Positions 40,916 to 50,930 are shown, counted from the stretch's first letter. The stretch is DNA of 64,000 nt from an uncultured delta proteobacterium (GCA_963816145.1 CAWFJP010000014.1:32001-96000), one strand, 5' to 3'. A program made the numbers and translations. Notes: a model not told the origin generated them from the sequence alone.

Positions 40916-42883
40916 GTGAAGCTAGCGTACCGACCCAGAACGTTGCTTAATACCTCATCCGTCATTCCGGCAAAGCAGGCGATAGCTAGCGCGACTCGGA
41001 ATCCAGGAAACTGGCAAACCTGGATGCCGGCTTTCGCCGGCATGACAATCAGCAGGTCCCCGACTTATTTTGCGGATTTACCGGCCGGGACGCTAATATC
41101 GAGATTCAAAATCATCCTATTGCTGTTAGTTCTGAGCGGCTGTTCATGGCGAGAGGACCTCTATTCCCGTTCGCTGGCGGCCAGGACTTCCGCCGACCTA
41201 GTCTTGCGCGGCGGCAAGATCGTCACCGTCGATGGCGCTTTCTCGATCAAAGAAGCGGTCGCGATATGGGATGGCCGTTTCGTCGCCGTCGGCAGCGACG
41301 GCGAGATCCGCGACTACATCGGCCCGCACACCCGAGTCATCGAGCTTGGCGGAAGGACGGTGATCCCAGGTTTGATCGATTCGCATATCCACGCGACGGT
41401 AGCGGGGCTGAGTTGGGATGCGGAGCTTCACTGGGAGCTTAACCGCACGCTTGCCGATGGTTTGCGGCAAATCGCTACGGCGGCGCAGAGCAAAAAGGCC
41501 GGGAGCTGGATCGTGATCGGCGGCGGTTGGGTGCCGACCCAGTTCGTCGAGAGACGTTTCCCGACGCGCGCCGAGCTCGATGCCATCGCGCCAAACCATC
41601 CCATCTATGTTCAATATCTCCGCCAGGGCGCGTTGCTCAATAGCGCGGCGCTCGCTGCTCTCGGTATCACGAGCCAAACCGCCGATCCGGTCGGCGGCCG
41701 CATCGATAAAAACCCAGCCACCGGAGCGCTCACCGGCTGGTTGCAGGGCGTGGCGGCGTGGGAGTCAGCTTACAATAAGATTGGCCATTTCTCGATTGCC
41801 GACGCGCGCCAGAGCTTGCGCAACTGTTTCCGTGAACTGAATCGTTTGGGGATCACTTCGGTGGCCGACCTGCAAACCGGCGGGGTCAATTTTACCCATC
41901 GGCGATTGCTCGCCGATATGGCGCGCACCGGTGAGCTGAGTTTGCGTCTCAACTATTACGTTGCGCCCAACGAGCCGGGCGACGAGCTGGAGCAGTTGAA
42001 GGTGGCGGCCGAAGAGATCAAGAAGCTTGGTAACAGCGATTTGTTTCGCTTTGCCGGGTTCGGCGAAACGCTGGTGCGCGGCCTCGGTGACGGCGATGTG
42101 CTGTCGAATCCGCAGGGCGTGCAGATCTCCGCCCAAGCGAGCGAAAAGTTACGCGCGATGCTGAGTTATTTCGCCGAGGCGGGCTACAGTTTTCACTTGC
42201 ACGCGACCCAAGACCAAACTGCGCGCCAGTTGCTAGATGTGATCGAGCAGGCGCGCGCGGCCACGCCGTTAGCGCGCCAGCGCATTGTTTTTGCCCATCT
42301 CGAAGACGCCACGGCGGAAACCATCGCGCGAATCAAAAAACTTGATGGCGGCATCGCCGTGCAGGACCGCTTGGCGCTCACCGCCGAACGTAATGTCGAG
42401 TTGTGGGGCGAAGCCAAAACGCGCCGGGCGCCGCCGCTGCGGACGATGCTCGCTGGCGGCATTCCCGTCGGTGCGGGGTCGGATGGTTTTCGTTCGGCGA
42501 ATTATTCGCCGATGCTGTCGTTGTGGTGGTTGATCTCGGGCAAGACGGTGGCGGGATCGGCGATTCGCGATGCCGACCAGAATGTCACGCGCGCCGAGGC
42601 GTTACGCATGTACACCATGGGCAGCGCTTGGATGACCGCCGACGAAGCGCGCAAAGGCTCCATCGAAGTCGGCAAGTTCGCCGATCTGGCGGTGCTCAAC
42701 GCCGATTACTTGACTGTGCCGGAAGAGCAGATTCGCAATCTGGCATCGTTGCTAACGATGGTCGGCGGGCGGGTCGTCTACGCCGCCGGTCCCTACGCTG
42801 CATTGGCGACTGGCGCGCCGGCGGACTCCGGGCCCGGCCGCGCCACTGGCCGAACAGGGAGGGGCTTGAAAGGACTGCAGTGA
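40916..42883 (+). CDS. Amidohydrolase 3 (YtcJ-like) lipoprotein with a 57-aa in-frame MITE insert in its signal peptide
   Basis: AGGAG + GTG; lipobox LSGC; PGLIDSHIH, LHA, FAH, GSD, GSIEVGKFADL. Confidence 0.87.
   Translation: MKLAYRPRTLLNTSSVIPAKQAIASATRNPGNWQTWMPAFAGMTISRSPTYFADLPAGTLISRFKIILLLLVLSGCSWREDLYSRSLAARTSADLVLRGGKIVTVDGAFSIKEAVAIWDGRFVAVGSDGEIRDYIGPHTRVIELGGRTVIPGLIDSHIHATVAGLSWDAELHWELNRTLADGLRQIATAAQSKKAGSWIVIGGGWVPTQFVERRFPTRAELDAIAPNHPIYVQYLRQGALLNSAALAALGITSQTADPVGGRIDKNPATGALTGWLQGVAAWESAYNKIGHFSIADARQSLRNCFRELNRLGITSVADLQTGGVNFTHRRLLADMARTGELSLRLNYYVAPNEPGDELEQLKVAAEEIKKLGNSDLFRFAGFGETLVRGLGDGDVLSNPQGVQISAQASEKLRAMLSYFAEAGYSFHLHATQDQTARQLLDVIEQARAATPLARQRIVFAHLEDATAETIARIKKLDGGIAVQDRLALTAERNVELWGEAKTRRAPPLRTMLAGGIPVGAGSDGFRSANYSPMLSLWWLISGKTVAGSAIRDADQNVTRAEALRMYTMGSAWMTADEARKGSIEVGKFADLAVLNADYLTVPEEQIRNLASLLTMVGGRVVYAAGPYAALATGAPADSGPGRATGRTGRGLKGLQ
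40925..41093. mobile_element. 169-bp MITE with internal GTCAT REP (copy 2), TA target duplication
   Basis: TA|GCGTACCGACC ... GGCCGGGACGC|TA; removing it restores MKLISRFKIILLLLVLSGC. Confidence 0.85.
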
Positions 42884-43052
42884 CCCGGTTCCTGCCGCGT
42901 TGGTCGATGCATGTTGGGTATGACGGCGAGTCCTGGGCTGTGATTTCGAGCAAAGCGAGAAATCTTTCCCATTTGGCGCACTGCAACCAAAGTCGGACTG
43001 AACCATTACGGAAGTCCCAACTGTATTAATCGGATTAACTAAAGGAGGTCCC

Positions 43053-44003
43053 ATGATCTGGGTTCGTAAATTGAGTGTGATGCCTCTGTTGGCGTTAGCG
43101 TTCGTTGTGAACCGGCCGGCATTTGCGGCGGAGCGGTTTTACATCAGCATTCCGGGGCCAACACTGAGCTATGTACCGCTTTATTATGGCCAAGAAAGAG
43201 GCTTCTTCACCCAGGAAGGTTTGGACCTGCAAGTTTTGGTGGTGCGCGGAATCGTCGGTGTCAGCAGTCTCATGTCGGGTGAGATCGATGTCACCTGTCA
43301 TGCCGGCAGCGGCTTTTCGGCGGCGCTGCGCGGTGTGCCGATCAAAGTCATCTCGGTGACGCGTGACCGGCCGATCCATGAATTGATCGTTGCGCCGACG
43401 GCGAATTCTGCCGCCGAACTCAAGGGCAAAGCCATCGCGGTGGGATCGTTGGACGGCACGGCGGCGGTGATGACGCGGCGCATCCTCCAAGCCAAAGGGC
43501 TCGATGCCGCCAAGGATGTTTCGCTCTTGAGCATGGACACGCCGGCGCGCTTGCAGTCGTTGATTTCCGGTCGCGTCGCCGGCGCGATGATGACGCCGCC
43601 GTCGATCTACCTCGCCGAAGAAAAGGGCTACAAAGTGTTTGGCCGCGGCCGAGACTATATGCGCTATCTGCAGACCGGGGTGGTTTCGACGGACAGTCAT
43701 ATCAAACAGCAACGCGACAAGTTGGTGCGATTTCTTAAGGCTTGGAACCGTGGCTTGAAGGCTTACCAGGATAGCCCCGAGCTCATGGTGCCGTTTATTC
43801 AAAAGCGGTTGGGCATCAAGGACGCGCAGCTGGCGCGCCGCATGTATGATGACGACGCGCCGTTCGTACTTAGCGGCGGCCGGCTGAGCGCCGATGCCGC
43901 CAAAGAGATCGTCGAGGTCGGTCGTGAAGCCTTGCGCGTCAAAGAGCCGGTGGCGCCGGAAAAGATCTTTGACTTTTCGCTGGCGTTGGAAGCGGGACGG
44001 TAG
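43053..44003 (+). CDS. ABC substrate-binding protein, NMT1/SsuA-like
   Basis: GFFTQEGLD, ELKGKAIAV, IFDFSL. Confidence 0.85.
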   Translation: MIWVRKLSVMPLLALAFVVNRPAFAAERFYISIPGPTLSYVPLYYGQERGFFTQEGLDLQVLVVRGIVGVSSLMSGEIDVTCHAGSGFSAALRGVPIKVISVTRDRPIHELIVAPTANSAAELKGKAIAVGSLDGTAAVMTRRILQAKGLDAAKDVSLLSMDTPARLQSLISGRVAGAMMTPPSIYLAEEKGYKVFGRGRDYMRYLQTGVVSTDSHIKQQRDKLVRFLKAWNRGLKAYQDSPELMVPFIQKRLGIKDAQLARRMYDDDAPFVLSGGRLSADAAKEIVEVGREALRVKEPVAPEKIFDFSLALEAGR

Positions 44004-44049
44004 GTTGTGTGTTAGGATTTTCGGGTTTTGAGTCACGGCGCCGTGCGCG

Positions 44050-44997
44050 CTATTTCTTCAAAGCCGTGCGCAGAAAACTGTAGTCAACCACATCGGCCTG
44101 CGGGATTGGTTTGGTGATTTTTGCCAGGAACTTGGCTTCGTCGATGGCCGCTTGTAGCGAGCTGTCTTCGACGAAGCCATCTTGGGAGAGGGCGCCGACC
44201 ATATACTTGTAAGCTTCTTCGACGACATCTTTCTGGTAGCCGTACTTTTTCTGGGCGAACGCGATGAATCCGGCGCGTTCGGCTTTCAATGCGCGGGTGG
44301 CGCGGACGAAGGCGCGCACCATGCGCTGGACCTGGCCGGGATTCTTCTGGATCTTTTCGACGCTGGTGGCGAGACCGGTGAGCGGGCGCTGGAGAATTTT
44401 GCCAGCGTAGACCAACTCATGATAACCCTCTTTCTTGAGTTGGATATTGAGCGGCACCGGCATATGCGTCGCTTGCACGGTTCCCGCCATCAAGGCGGCG
44501 TGGCGCAGCGTGTCGGTGCCCAAGGTGACGATGGTCACGTCTTTTTCTGGATCGAGGCCGAGCGAACGCAGACCGGCTCGGGCGGCGAGATCGCCGGTGG
44601 CGCCGAAGGAGCTGACGCCGACTCGCTTGCCTCGCAGGGCGGCGGCATTGGGAATCTCCGGACGGGACATGAGCGCGTGCAGCACGCGCGAGAAATCAAA
44701 AGTCAGATTACGCACCGGCACGCCCAGGATGGCGCCGCGGATGATCGTGCCGACGCTGTAGCTATAGTCGATATCGCCGGAGAGCAGGGCCTTGATGCCG
44801 AGATCGGCGCGCAGCGAAACATAGACCGCATCGATGCCCTCGTCGCGGTAAAAGCCGCGCTCGATACCGTAGAGCAGCGGGCCAATGGACAGCGCGGCGC
44901 GCGCCGAGTGGCCGACGATCACTTTATCTTGTGCCGCCGCCGGCGAGTGAATAGCGAGCCCGATTACTAAAAGAAATGCACCAAAGTATTTTGTCAT
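44050..44997 (-). CDS. ABC substrate-binding protein, NMT1/SsuA-like
   Basis: GFYRDEGID, LRGKRVGVSSFG, VVDYSFL. Confidence 0.85.
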   Translation of the reverse strand: MTKYFGAFLLVIGLAIHSPAAAQDKVIVGHSARAALSIGPLLYGIERGFYRDEGIDAVYVSLRADLGIKALLSGDIDYSYSVGTIIRGAILGVPVRNLTFDFSRVLHALMSRPEIPNAAALRGKRVGVSSFGATGDLAARAGLRSLGLDPEKDVTIVTLGTDTLRHAALMAGTVQATHMPVPLNIQLKKEGYHELVYAGKILQRPLTGLATSVEKIQKNPGQVQRMVRAFVRATRALKAERAGFIAFAQKKYGYQKDVVEEAYKYMVGALSQDGFVEDSSLQAAIDEAKFLAKITKPIPQADVVDYSFLRTALKK

Positions 44998-45095
44998 GTT
45001 GTCATCCTTGAACGTTGGCTCTAGCAATTGCAAGGCGTGCTTGCAAAGCCAATTTGAAACTCGTAGTTCTGGCTAAGCGATTGGGAGCAAAGAGC

Positions 45096-46514
45096 ATGAG
45101 CTATAAGGACGTAAGGCAGTGGATTCAAAAAGTTCAGGAGATGGGCGAGCTCAAAGTCATTGAAGGCGCCGACTGGAACCTGGAAATCGGCGCGTTGTCC
45201 GTCTTGGCGTCGAAGCATAAAGAAAACAGCCCGGCGCTGCTTTTCGACAAGATCAAAGATTACCCCGCTGGCTACCGCATCCTGGTCGGTTTCTTCGAAA
45301 GCTTGAAACGATCGGCATTGACGACGAACTTGCCGCTCGACATCAGCCGTGACGGTTTCATCCAAGCATGGCGCGAGCGCTTGGCCAAGCCGGCATCGAT
45401 CCCACCGGTGACCGTTTCGAGCGGGCCGATTTTGGAAAACGTTTTTACCGGTGACGACATCGATCTTTTCAAATTTCCCGTGCCGTTTTGGCATGAGCGC
45501 GACGGCGGACGCTATATTGGCACCGGTCATGTCGTTATCACCCGCGATCCCGACGACGGCTGGGTCAACGTCGGCTGCTATCGCGTGATGGTGCATGATC
45601 GCAACACCATGGGCATGAATATTTCTCCCGGCAAGCATGGCCGCATGCACCGGCAGAAGTATTTCGATCGTGGCAAGCCGTGCCCAGTGGTGTGCTGTTT
45701 CGGCGTCGATCCGCTCCTGCATATGTTCGCGACCCGCCCCGAGCCCTACGGCCGGAGCGAATTCGATGCGGTCGGCGGTATCAAAGGCGAAGCGATGGAA
45801 GTGATTACCGGAGCGACGACCGGCCTGCCGATTCCCGCCTATGCGGAGATCGCCATCGAAGGCGAGTTTCTACCGGATCAAGGCAAAGAAGAGGGTCCAT
45901 TCAGCGAGTGGACCGGATATTACGCCAGCGGCGAGAAACTCGAACCGCTGATCAAAGTCCATCGCCTGTACCATCGCAACGATCCGATCATTACCGCCTC
46001 GCCGGAATACCGGCCGACGGCTCGGGCCGAGCATTGTTATGAACTGCTGCGCGCGGCCTACATCCGCGATCAAGTGGAAAAGGCCGGCGTGCCGGATGTC
46101 ACCGCCGTCGCCAGTTATTTTCGCAGATTCTTAACGGTCTTGGCGATCAAGCAGCGCTACCCGGGCCATGCGCGCCAAGCCGGATTGATCGCCAGCCAAT
46201 GCCAGGGTTCGGCCTATCTCGGCCGCTACATCGTCGTCGTCGACGACGATATCGATGCCTACGACATCAACGACGTGCTGTGGGCGATGTGCAGCCGCGC
46301 CGATCCGGTGAACTCCGCTGAAATCATCCGGCGCTGCTGGAGCGGGCCGCTTGATCCGATCATTCCCAAGGAGCGCAAGGGGTTCAGCTCGCGCATGATT
46401 GTCGACGCTTGCCGGCCGTTCGAGTGGCGCGACAACTTCCCGCCGGCGGCCCATATCAGTCCGGAACGCCAGCAGGCAGTGATCGCGAAGTGGAAGAAAG
46501 AGTTATTCAGTTAG
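45096..46514 (+). CDS. UbiD-family prFMN-dependent decarboxylase
   Basis: PALLFDKIKDY, DGGRYI, EGPFSEWTGYY, VVDDDID...VLWA. Confidence 0.92.
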   Translation: MSYKDVRQWIQKVQEMGELKVIEGADWNLEIGALSVLASKHKENSPALLFDKIKDYPAGYRILVGFFESLKRSALTTNLPLDISRDGFIQAWRERLAKPASIPPVTVSSGPILENVFTGDDIDLFKFPVPFWHERDGGRYIGTGHVVITRDPDDGWVNVGCYRVMVHDRNTMGMNISPGKHGRMHRQKYFDRGKPCPVVCCFGVDPLLHMFATRPEPYGRSEFDAVGGIKGEAMEVITGATTGLPIPAYAEIAIEGEFLPDQGKEEGPFSEWTGYYASGEKLEPLIKVHRLYHRNDPIITASPEYRPTARAEHCYELLRAAYIRDQVEKAGVPDVTAVASYFRRFLTVLAIKQRYPGHARQAGLIASQCQGSAYLGRYIVVVDDDIDAYDINDVLWAMCSRADPVNSAEIIRRCWSGPLDPIIPKERKGFSSRMIVDACRPFEWRDNFPPAAHISPERQQAVIAKWKKELFS

Positions 46515-46570
46515 AAGCCAGACATGGTTTCGTGGAGCGGAGCATCCAAGCACTTGGGAGTAAACTGACC

Positions 46571-47032
46571 ATGAGCCAATTAATAAAACTGTTGTCGGTG
46601 GCGTTTTTGGCAATATTTTTAAGCGGCGTGGGTAGAGCCGCCGAGACTCCGCCCAGCAAAGAGGCGCCGAAAGCAAGCGTGAATAAACCCGCGCCCCAGA
46701 AAAAGACCACCAAGGCGAAGAAACCGAAGGTGCAAAAATTCGTCGGCAACATCTCGGCCATCGACACCAAGTCTGGCGCGGTGTCGGTCAAGGGAAGCGA
46801 CGGCGAGAAAAATTTCATAACCCAGGACGCCGCCAAAGATGCATTGGAGCGGCTCGCGGTCGGCGACCGCGTTCGAGTTCAGTATACTGAAAAAGACGGG
46901 AAACTCATGAGCTCCTCGGTACGGCGCGTAAAACTGCCGCAGACCAAGAACAAGACAACTGAAGAAACTGCCAAGAGCAAATCGACGAAAACGCCGAGTC
47001 AACAAAAATCAACCAAAGACGCGGTTAAGTAG
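46571..47032 (+). CDS. Exported Lys-rich small protein with a beta-barrel (OB-like) core
   Basis: Signal peptide; FVGNISAIDTKSGAVSVK...LAVGDRVRVQYTEKDGK. Confidence 0.65.
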   Translation: MSQLIKLLSVAFLAIFLSGVGRAAETPPSKEAPKASVNKPAPQKKTTKAKKPKVQKFVGNISAIDTKSGAVSVKGSDGEKNFITQDAAKDALERLAVGDRVRVQYTEKDGKLMSSSVRRVKLPQTKNKTTEETAKSKSTKTPSQQKSTKDAVK

Positions 47033-47120
47033 AAGCCCAGTTTCATCAAAGTGATCAACGACCTTGCCTTTTTTGAGGGATAATGCGATGCGGCTTTGGG
47101 CGTTTCAACATGGACATGCG

Positions 47121-47156
47121 AAAAAAGAGGCCGGATTCTTTTGAATCCGGCCTCTT
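47121..47156 (-). terminator. Intrinsic terminator
   Basis: 14-bp perfect stem AAGAGGCCGGATTC/GAATCCGGCCTCTT with a U-tract on the minus strand. Confidence 0.85.
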
Positions 47157-47234
47157 GCCACTGAACGTGACGGGGGCTCAGTGGCGCCGCTGGTCCCGTG
47201 GGAGCTTGCTGAAGGAGGCAGCGCGGGACGCGGC
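47157..47234 (-). ncRNA. Candidate structured 3'-UTR / sRNA with C-rich loops
   Basis: Two abutting hairpins; apical GCUG-CCUCCUU-CAGC. Confidence 0.4.
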
Positions 47235-47237
47235 AAG

Positions 47238-47435
47238 TCAATTTAGATTAGAGCTGCTGGTCGCTTGCCTCCATTTTTCCCGTTGCAGACGGCGCTGCAG
47301 GTAGGTGTCTTTGGGCCAGTTCCAATTGCGGCCCGGAAGTTCTTCGCCGGTGTAGGCTGCGCCGTTAACTTTGCTCTGCAAGAAAACCCGTTGCCAGTAA
47401 CTCGGTTTGTCCACCGCGGTATCCATTGCTTTCAT
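47238..47435 (-). CDS. Small hypothetical protein (65 aa)
   Basis: Strong RBS GAGGAGG; MKAMDTAVDKPSYWQRVFLQSKV...; promoter and terminator flank it. Confidence 0.7.
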   Translation of the reverse strand: MKAMDTAVDKPSYWQRVFLQSKVNGAAYTGEELPGRNWNWPKDTYLQRRLQREKWRQATSSSNLN

Positions 47436-47535
47436 TTTTCCGTCCTCCTCTTTCTCCTTGATAATTAGACGTTCTAAGGTTCCCAACCGCATACCTGTTT
47501 CTGTCGCTGATCCGTCCTTGTGATTATTCCAATAG

Positions 47536-47551
47536 TGCAGGAGCCGTGCCG
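47536..47551 (-). promoter_or_regulatory. Sigma54 (-24/-12) promoter candidate
   Basis: CGGCACGGCTCCTGCA = GG-N10-GC, ~100 nt upstream of the small ORF. Confidence 0.55.
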
Positions 47552-47892
47552 GAATTCGGAAGAGCCCTGGACGCATAGGCTGTCCAGAATTTTCTTATTT
47601 CAAGACTTTAATATCGAGGCAGCGAGGACCGGAGAAACTGGCCAAATCCTTGGATCGGTCAGAAGTGCCAGACTTATTGGCGACGGCACTGATCCTTGGC
47701 AGAGTGGGCATAAACAGAAAACTACTGAGCCGTCAAAGGCTTACAATGGACGTCTCAACTCACTGGGGCGTGGCCCTGAGATAGCCGCCCGTGCCCTTGG
47801 CTGCCCGGGGGGGCTATCTGACTGCCAGGTAACTTTAGTTACATCCAGGGTAAACAAATGGATACGGGAACATCGATCCGTCCCCTGGCGGT

Positions 47893-48888
47893 TCACACTT
47901 TGAAGGTATCGAGGGTCGCTCGCGGGAAAAGTTCATCGACGCTCAGGTTCCGCTCTGCGAGACCTTGGTCGCCACTGTAGCGGAGGAAAGTTTCAAGAGT
48001 CTTGCGATTAGCCTCGACGCCGTACGGCCAGAAGTCTTGGCCCATGAGCTGGCGTATGTCTTCGGCATGATTGGCGGCCCAGGGGATCGCCGCGTGCATC
48101 GCGTCATTGCGGAAAATCGCATCGATGCACTGCTGCTTGGCGTCGAGCAGCGCTTTGTACAGACTCTGGGGAACCCACGGATGGCGCTTGCATAGCTCCT
48201 CGCGCAATACCATGACATGCATGATAGGAAAAATCCCGGTGCGGCGAAAATGATCGGTCTCGACCGCGCGCGGATCGGCGAACAGCCGGCGCACCTGTGG
48301 CACTCGCCTGACGAACGGCGCCGGCACCTGCGCAGTTAGCAACGCATCGATCTCGCCAGAGACCAACATATCGGAGAGATTTTTGCCGGCGGGTATATTC
48401 CGGATTTCGATCTCGGCTGGCAGTTTCAATGCCACTTTCTCCTTGCGCTCCGAAGACTCCAAACCGCCGGTGAGCCAGCGAATATCGCTCGGCCGGACGC
48501 CGTAGTCATCTTGCAAGAAGCCGCGCAGCCAGACCGTGGCGGTCATTTGCCACTCGGGAATGCCGACGCGTTTGCCTTTCAAGTCTTCGGGCTTGTCGAT
48601 GCCGGCCGCGACATTGACGTAGGCGCAGGAGTGGCGGAACTTGCGATAAACGAACGCCGGAATGCCGACGAACGGATAGCCGCCGTGCGCTTTGCCGGCG
48701 ACGAAGCTGCCGAAGGACATTTCCGCGGCGTCGAATTCCTGATGCATGCCCATGCGCCAATGAACTTCCGGCGGCCGGTTAATGGTGATGAAGTTGATTT
48801 CCAGCCCTTCGGCGCGCACGGCGCCGTCTTTCAGAGGGCGAACGATGTCGTAATCGCCGCAGCCGAGGTCGATGGTTAACTGTGCCAT
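47893..48888 (-). CDS. 4,5-dihydroxyphthalate decarboxylase-like protein (SBP fold, no signal peptide)
   Basis: GDYD..RPL.DG.V..EG, EFDAAEMS, FRHS, GIFPIMH, WPYGVEANR. Confidence 0.82.
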   Translation of the reverse strand: MAQLTIDLGCGDYDIVRPLKDGAVRAEGLEINFITINRPPEVHWRMGMHQEFDAAEMSFGSFVAGKAHGGYPFVGIPAFVYRKFRHSCAYVNVAAGIDKPEDLKGKRVGIPEWQMTATVWLRGFLQDDYGVRPSDIRWLTGGLESSERKEKVALKLPAEIEIRNIPAGKNLSDMLVSGEIDALLTAQVPAPFVRRVPQVRRLFADPRAVETDHFRRTGIFPIMHVMVLREELCKRHPWVPQSLYKALLDAKQQCIDAIFRNDAMHAAIPWAANHAEDIRQLMGQDFWPYGVEANRKTLETFLRYSGDQGLAERNLSVDELFPRATLDTFKV

Positions 48889-49001
48889 GGTATTTTCAGT
48901 TCGTGGTGACGACGAGCTTCCTTTTTCTATTGTCGCGGCGCGTGTTTGTCACTCGTGGCTCGTGATCCGGTCGAACCCGAGCCACGAACACTGTCACGTT
49001 C

Positions 49002-49670
49002 CTACGCGTACGCATTATAGATGCCTCGGAACTTGGCGATCTTGAAGCGCACCATATGTACCGCGGCTTCGCGCACGAGCTGTTGTTGGTGTTCGGTGTT
49101 GGTGTGCTTGGCGATCACTTCGGCGGCCATCGCTGTGTGTTCCTGGTCGGCGATGGCGTGGACCGTGAAGAATTGGATCTGCTTGTCGTTGAGGCCGTAG
49201 TGTTTCTTCAGCGCAAAGATATGTTCTTCGGAGTAACGGCAGACCATGGTTTCGTTGACCAGAGCCGACGCGCGATTTTCCGGCGCCGATCCTAAAAGCA
49301 TGCCGTGAATGGTCTTGCTCGTATGCGCGAGGCACTCGAAGATCGGCGTCGCTTTCTGAAAGTCTTCTTCTTGCAGACCGACTTCAAGTCCGAACTTCTT
49401 CGCCAAGTCCGGGTGATACTGCTCTTCGTTCATCTGATAGAGAAAATATTTGAACAGCTCGGGCTCGTGGCTGTTCTTGACCATGCACAAGGCAAAGCCT
49501 TTGAGCAGCGCATGATTATGCAAGTAATGCTGCAGGGCCCAGCCTTGCAGCCGTTTCTTCGACAACGTGCCGGCGCGCAGCTCGGTGAAGTAGGGCAGTC
49601 CGACCAACTCGTCGACGCCGGGTTGGATGATCTCTTTGATGACTGAATCGATAAATGCTTGAGTCGCCAT
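49002..49670 (-). CDS. Heme-oxygenase-like (TenA/PqqC/CADD) protein
   Basis: WALQHY, EEQYH, NE, FFTVHAIADQEH putative diiron ligands. Confidence 0.78.
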   Translation of the reverse strand: MATQAFIDSVIKEIIQPGVDELVGLPYFTELRAGTLSKKRLQGWALQHYLHNHALLKGFALCMVKNSHEPELFKYFLYQMNEEQYHPDLAKKFGLEVGLQEEDFQKATPIFECLAHTSKTIHGMLLGSAPENRASALVNETMVCRYSEEHIFALKKHYGLNDKQIQFFTVHAIADQEHTAMAAEVIAKHTNTEHQQQLVREAAVHMVRFKIAKFRGIYNAYA

Positions 49671-49776
49671 GGGGTTCTCCTTCTGAGTCTACTGGCATGG
49701 TGTCCATGAATGTTGGCCTGATGGTCGATATTCTCGGGCGGGGATCACGACCCGCCCCTTCTGGGTTTGCTTCTGG

Positions 49777-50766
49777 CTACCGTCGCTCCCTAAAGACTTC
49801 ATCGGTAAGCGTGTAATCCATCACTTGCGCTGCCGGCACCGGAGTGGGGATCAATTTCGCCGCGAATGCTTGATCGTAGATCTCTTGCAAGTCTTTGATC
49901 GGAATCTTGCCGTCGGTGGTGAAGCCGTTGAGCCAGGACTTGTAAGACTCTTCGGCAACCTTCGCTGAAACTTTCCACTTGTTCTGGATGTAGTTGATCA
50001 TCCAGTTTTTTTCTCGCCGATTGAAATCCATGGCTTCGAAGACAGCGCGAATGACTGTCTTGACGCCCGCCGGATCTTTTTTCAGTTTCGCCTCGTGGAT
50101 CGCCATGCCGCCGGAAGCCGAGCGCATGTTGAATTCGGGCGCCGAGGCGATTTCCCGATAGCCCTTTTGCACCATCGTAACGTTGTGCGGCAGCGACAGG
50201 ACTGCGGCGGCGACACTGCCTTGGCTGAGCGACTGGACGCTGTTCGACACCGAACCGGTCTGAATGTAGGTCACCAGATCGGGATTGACGCCTTTGCGTT
50301 TGATCAGGTCACGGGCGACGATATCTTGCAGCGTCGCCAAGCGGTCGACCGCGACAGTCTTGCCGACGAGATCTTCAGCGCGGCGGATGTCGGGATTGCC
50401 GATCAGCCAAAACAGAGTGCGATCGTGGGTCACCATGATGCCTTTGAACGGCAAGCCGCGCGCGGCGGCGACCAATGGGCCGGTGATGCCGGTCAGATAA
50501 TCGATTTCCCCGGAAACTAACGCGGAGGTCTGCACCGCGCCGGCGAGTTGGACAAGATCGACATCGAGGCCATGCTTTCTAAAAATCCCGGCGTCCTTGG
50601 CGACGAAGAACGTCAGAAAGGTTAGGCTGAAAGCCGGGTAGCCCATGCGGACTTTTTTCAGTTCTTGGGCGCCAACGCTCGTGGATGGCGCGGTTAGGAG
50701 CGATAGAAGGAATATGAAAAGAACTCGTGCTGCGAGATCTTGGCGGTGCTTTGGGAAAGTTCTCAT
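49777..50766 (-). CDS. ABC substrate-binding protein, NMT1/SsuA-like
   Basis: GIFRKHGLDVDLV, DLVGKTVAV, VMDYTL. Confidence 0.85.
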   Translation of the reverse strand: MRTFPKHRQDLAARVLFIFLLSLLTAPSTSVGAQELKKVRMGYPAFSLTFLTFFVAKDAGIFRKHGLDVDLVQLAGAVQTSALVSGEIDYLTGITGPLVAAARGLPFKGIMVTHDRTLFWLIGNPDIRRAEDLVGKTVAVDRLATLQDIVARDLIKRKGVNPDLVTYIQTGSVSNSVQSLSQGSVAAAVLSLPHNVTMVQKGYREIASAPEFNMRSASGGMAIHEAKLKKDPAGVKTVIRAVFEAMDFNRREKNWMINYIQNKWKVSAKVAEESYKSWLNGFTTDGKIPIKDLQEIYDQAFAAKLIPTPVPAAQVMDYTLTDEVFRERR

Positions 50767-50774
50767 GGTTCCTC

Positions 50775-50930
50775 TTAGCGATAGAGCCGGTCGATGAAGC
50801 CTTCCTTTTCTATCTCGCGCACAATGCTGTCGTCAACGATATCATCGACGCCGGGTTTGCCGCGCGGGCTTGCTCCAGTTGGATGCGCATTCCTTCGCGG
50901 GTCGCGTAGGGCGTTCGTTCGAACATCTTC
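50775..50930 (-). pseudogene. 3' remnant of a substrate-binding protein gene
   Basis: KMFERTPYATREGMRIQLEQA / DDIVDDSIVREIEKEGFIDRLYR* across a frameshift. Confidence 0.75.
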
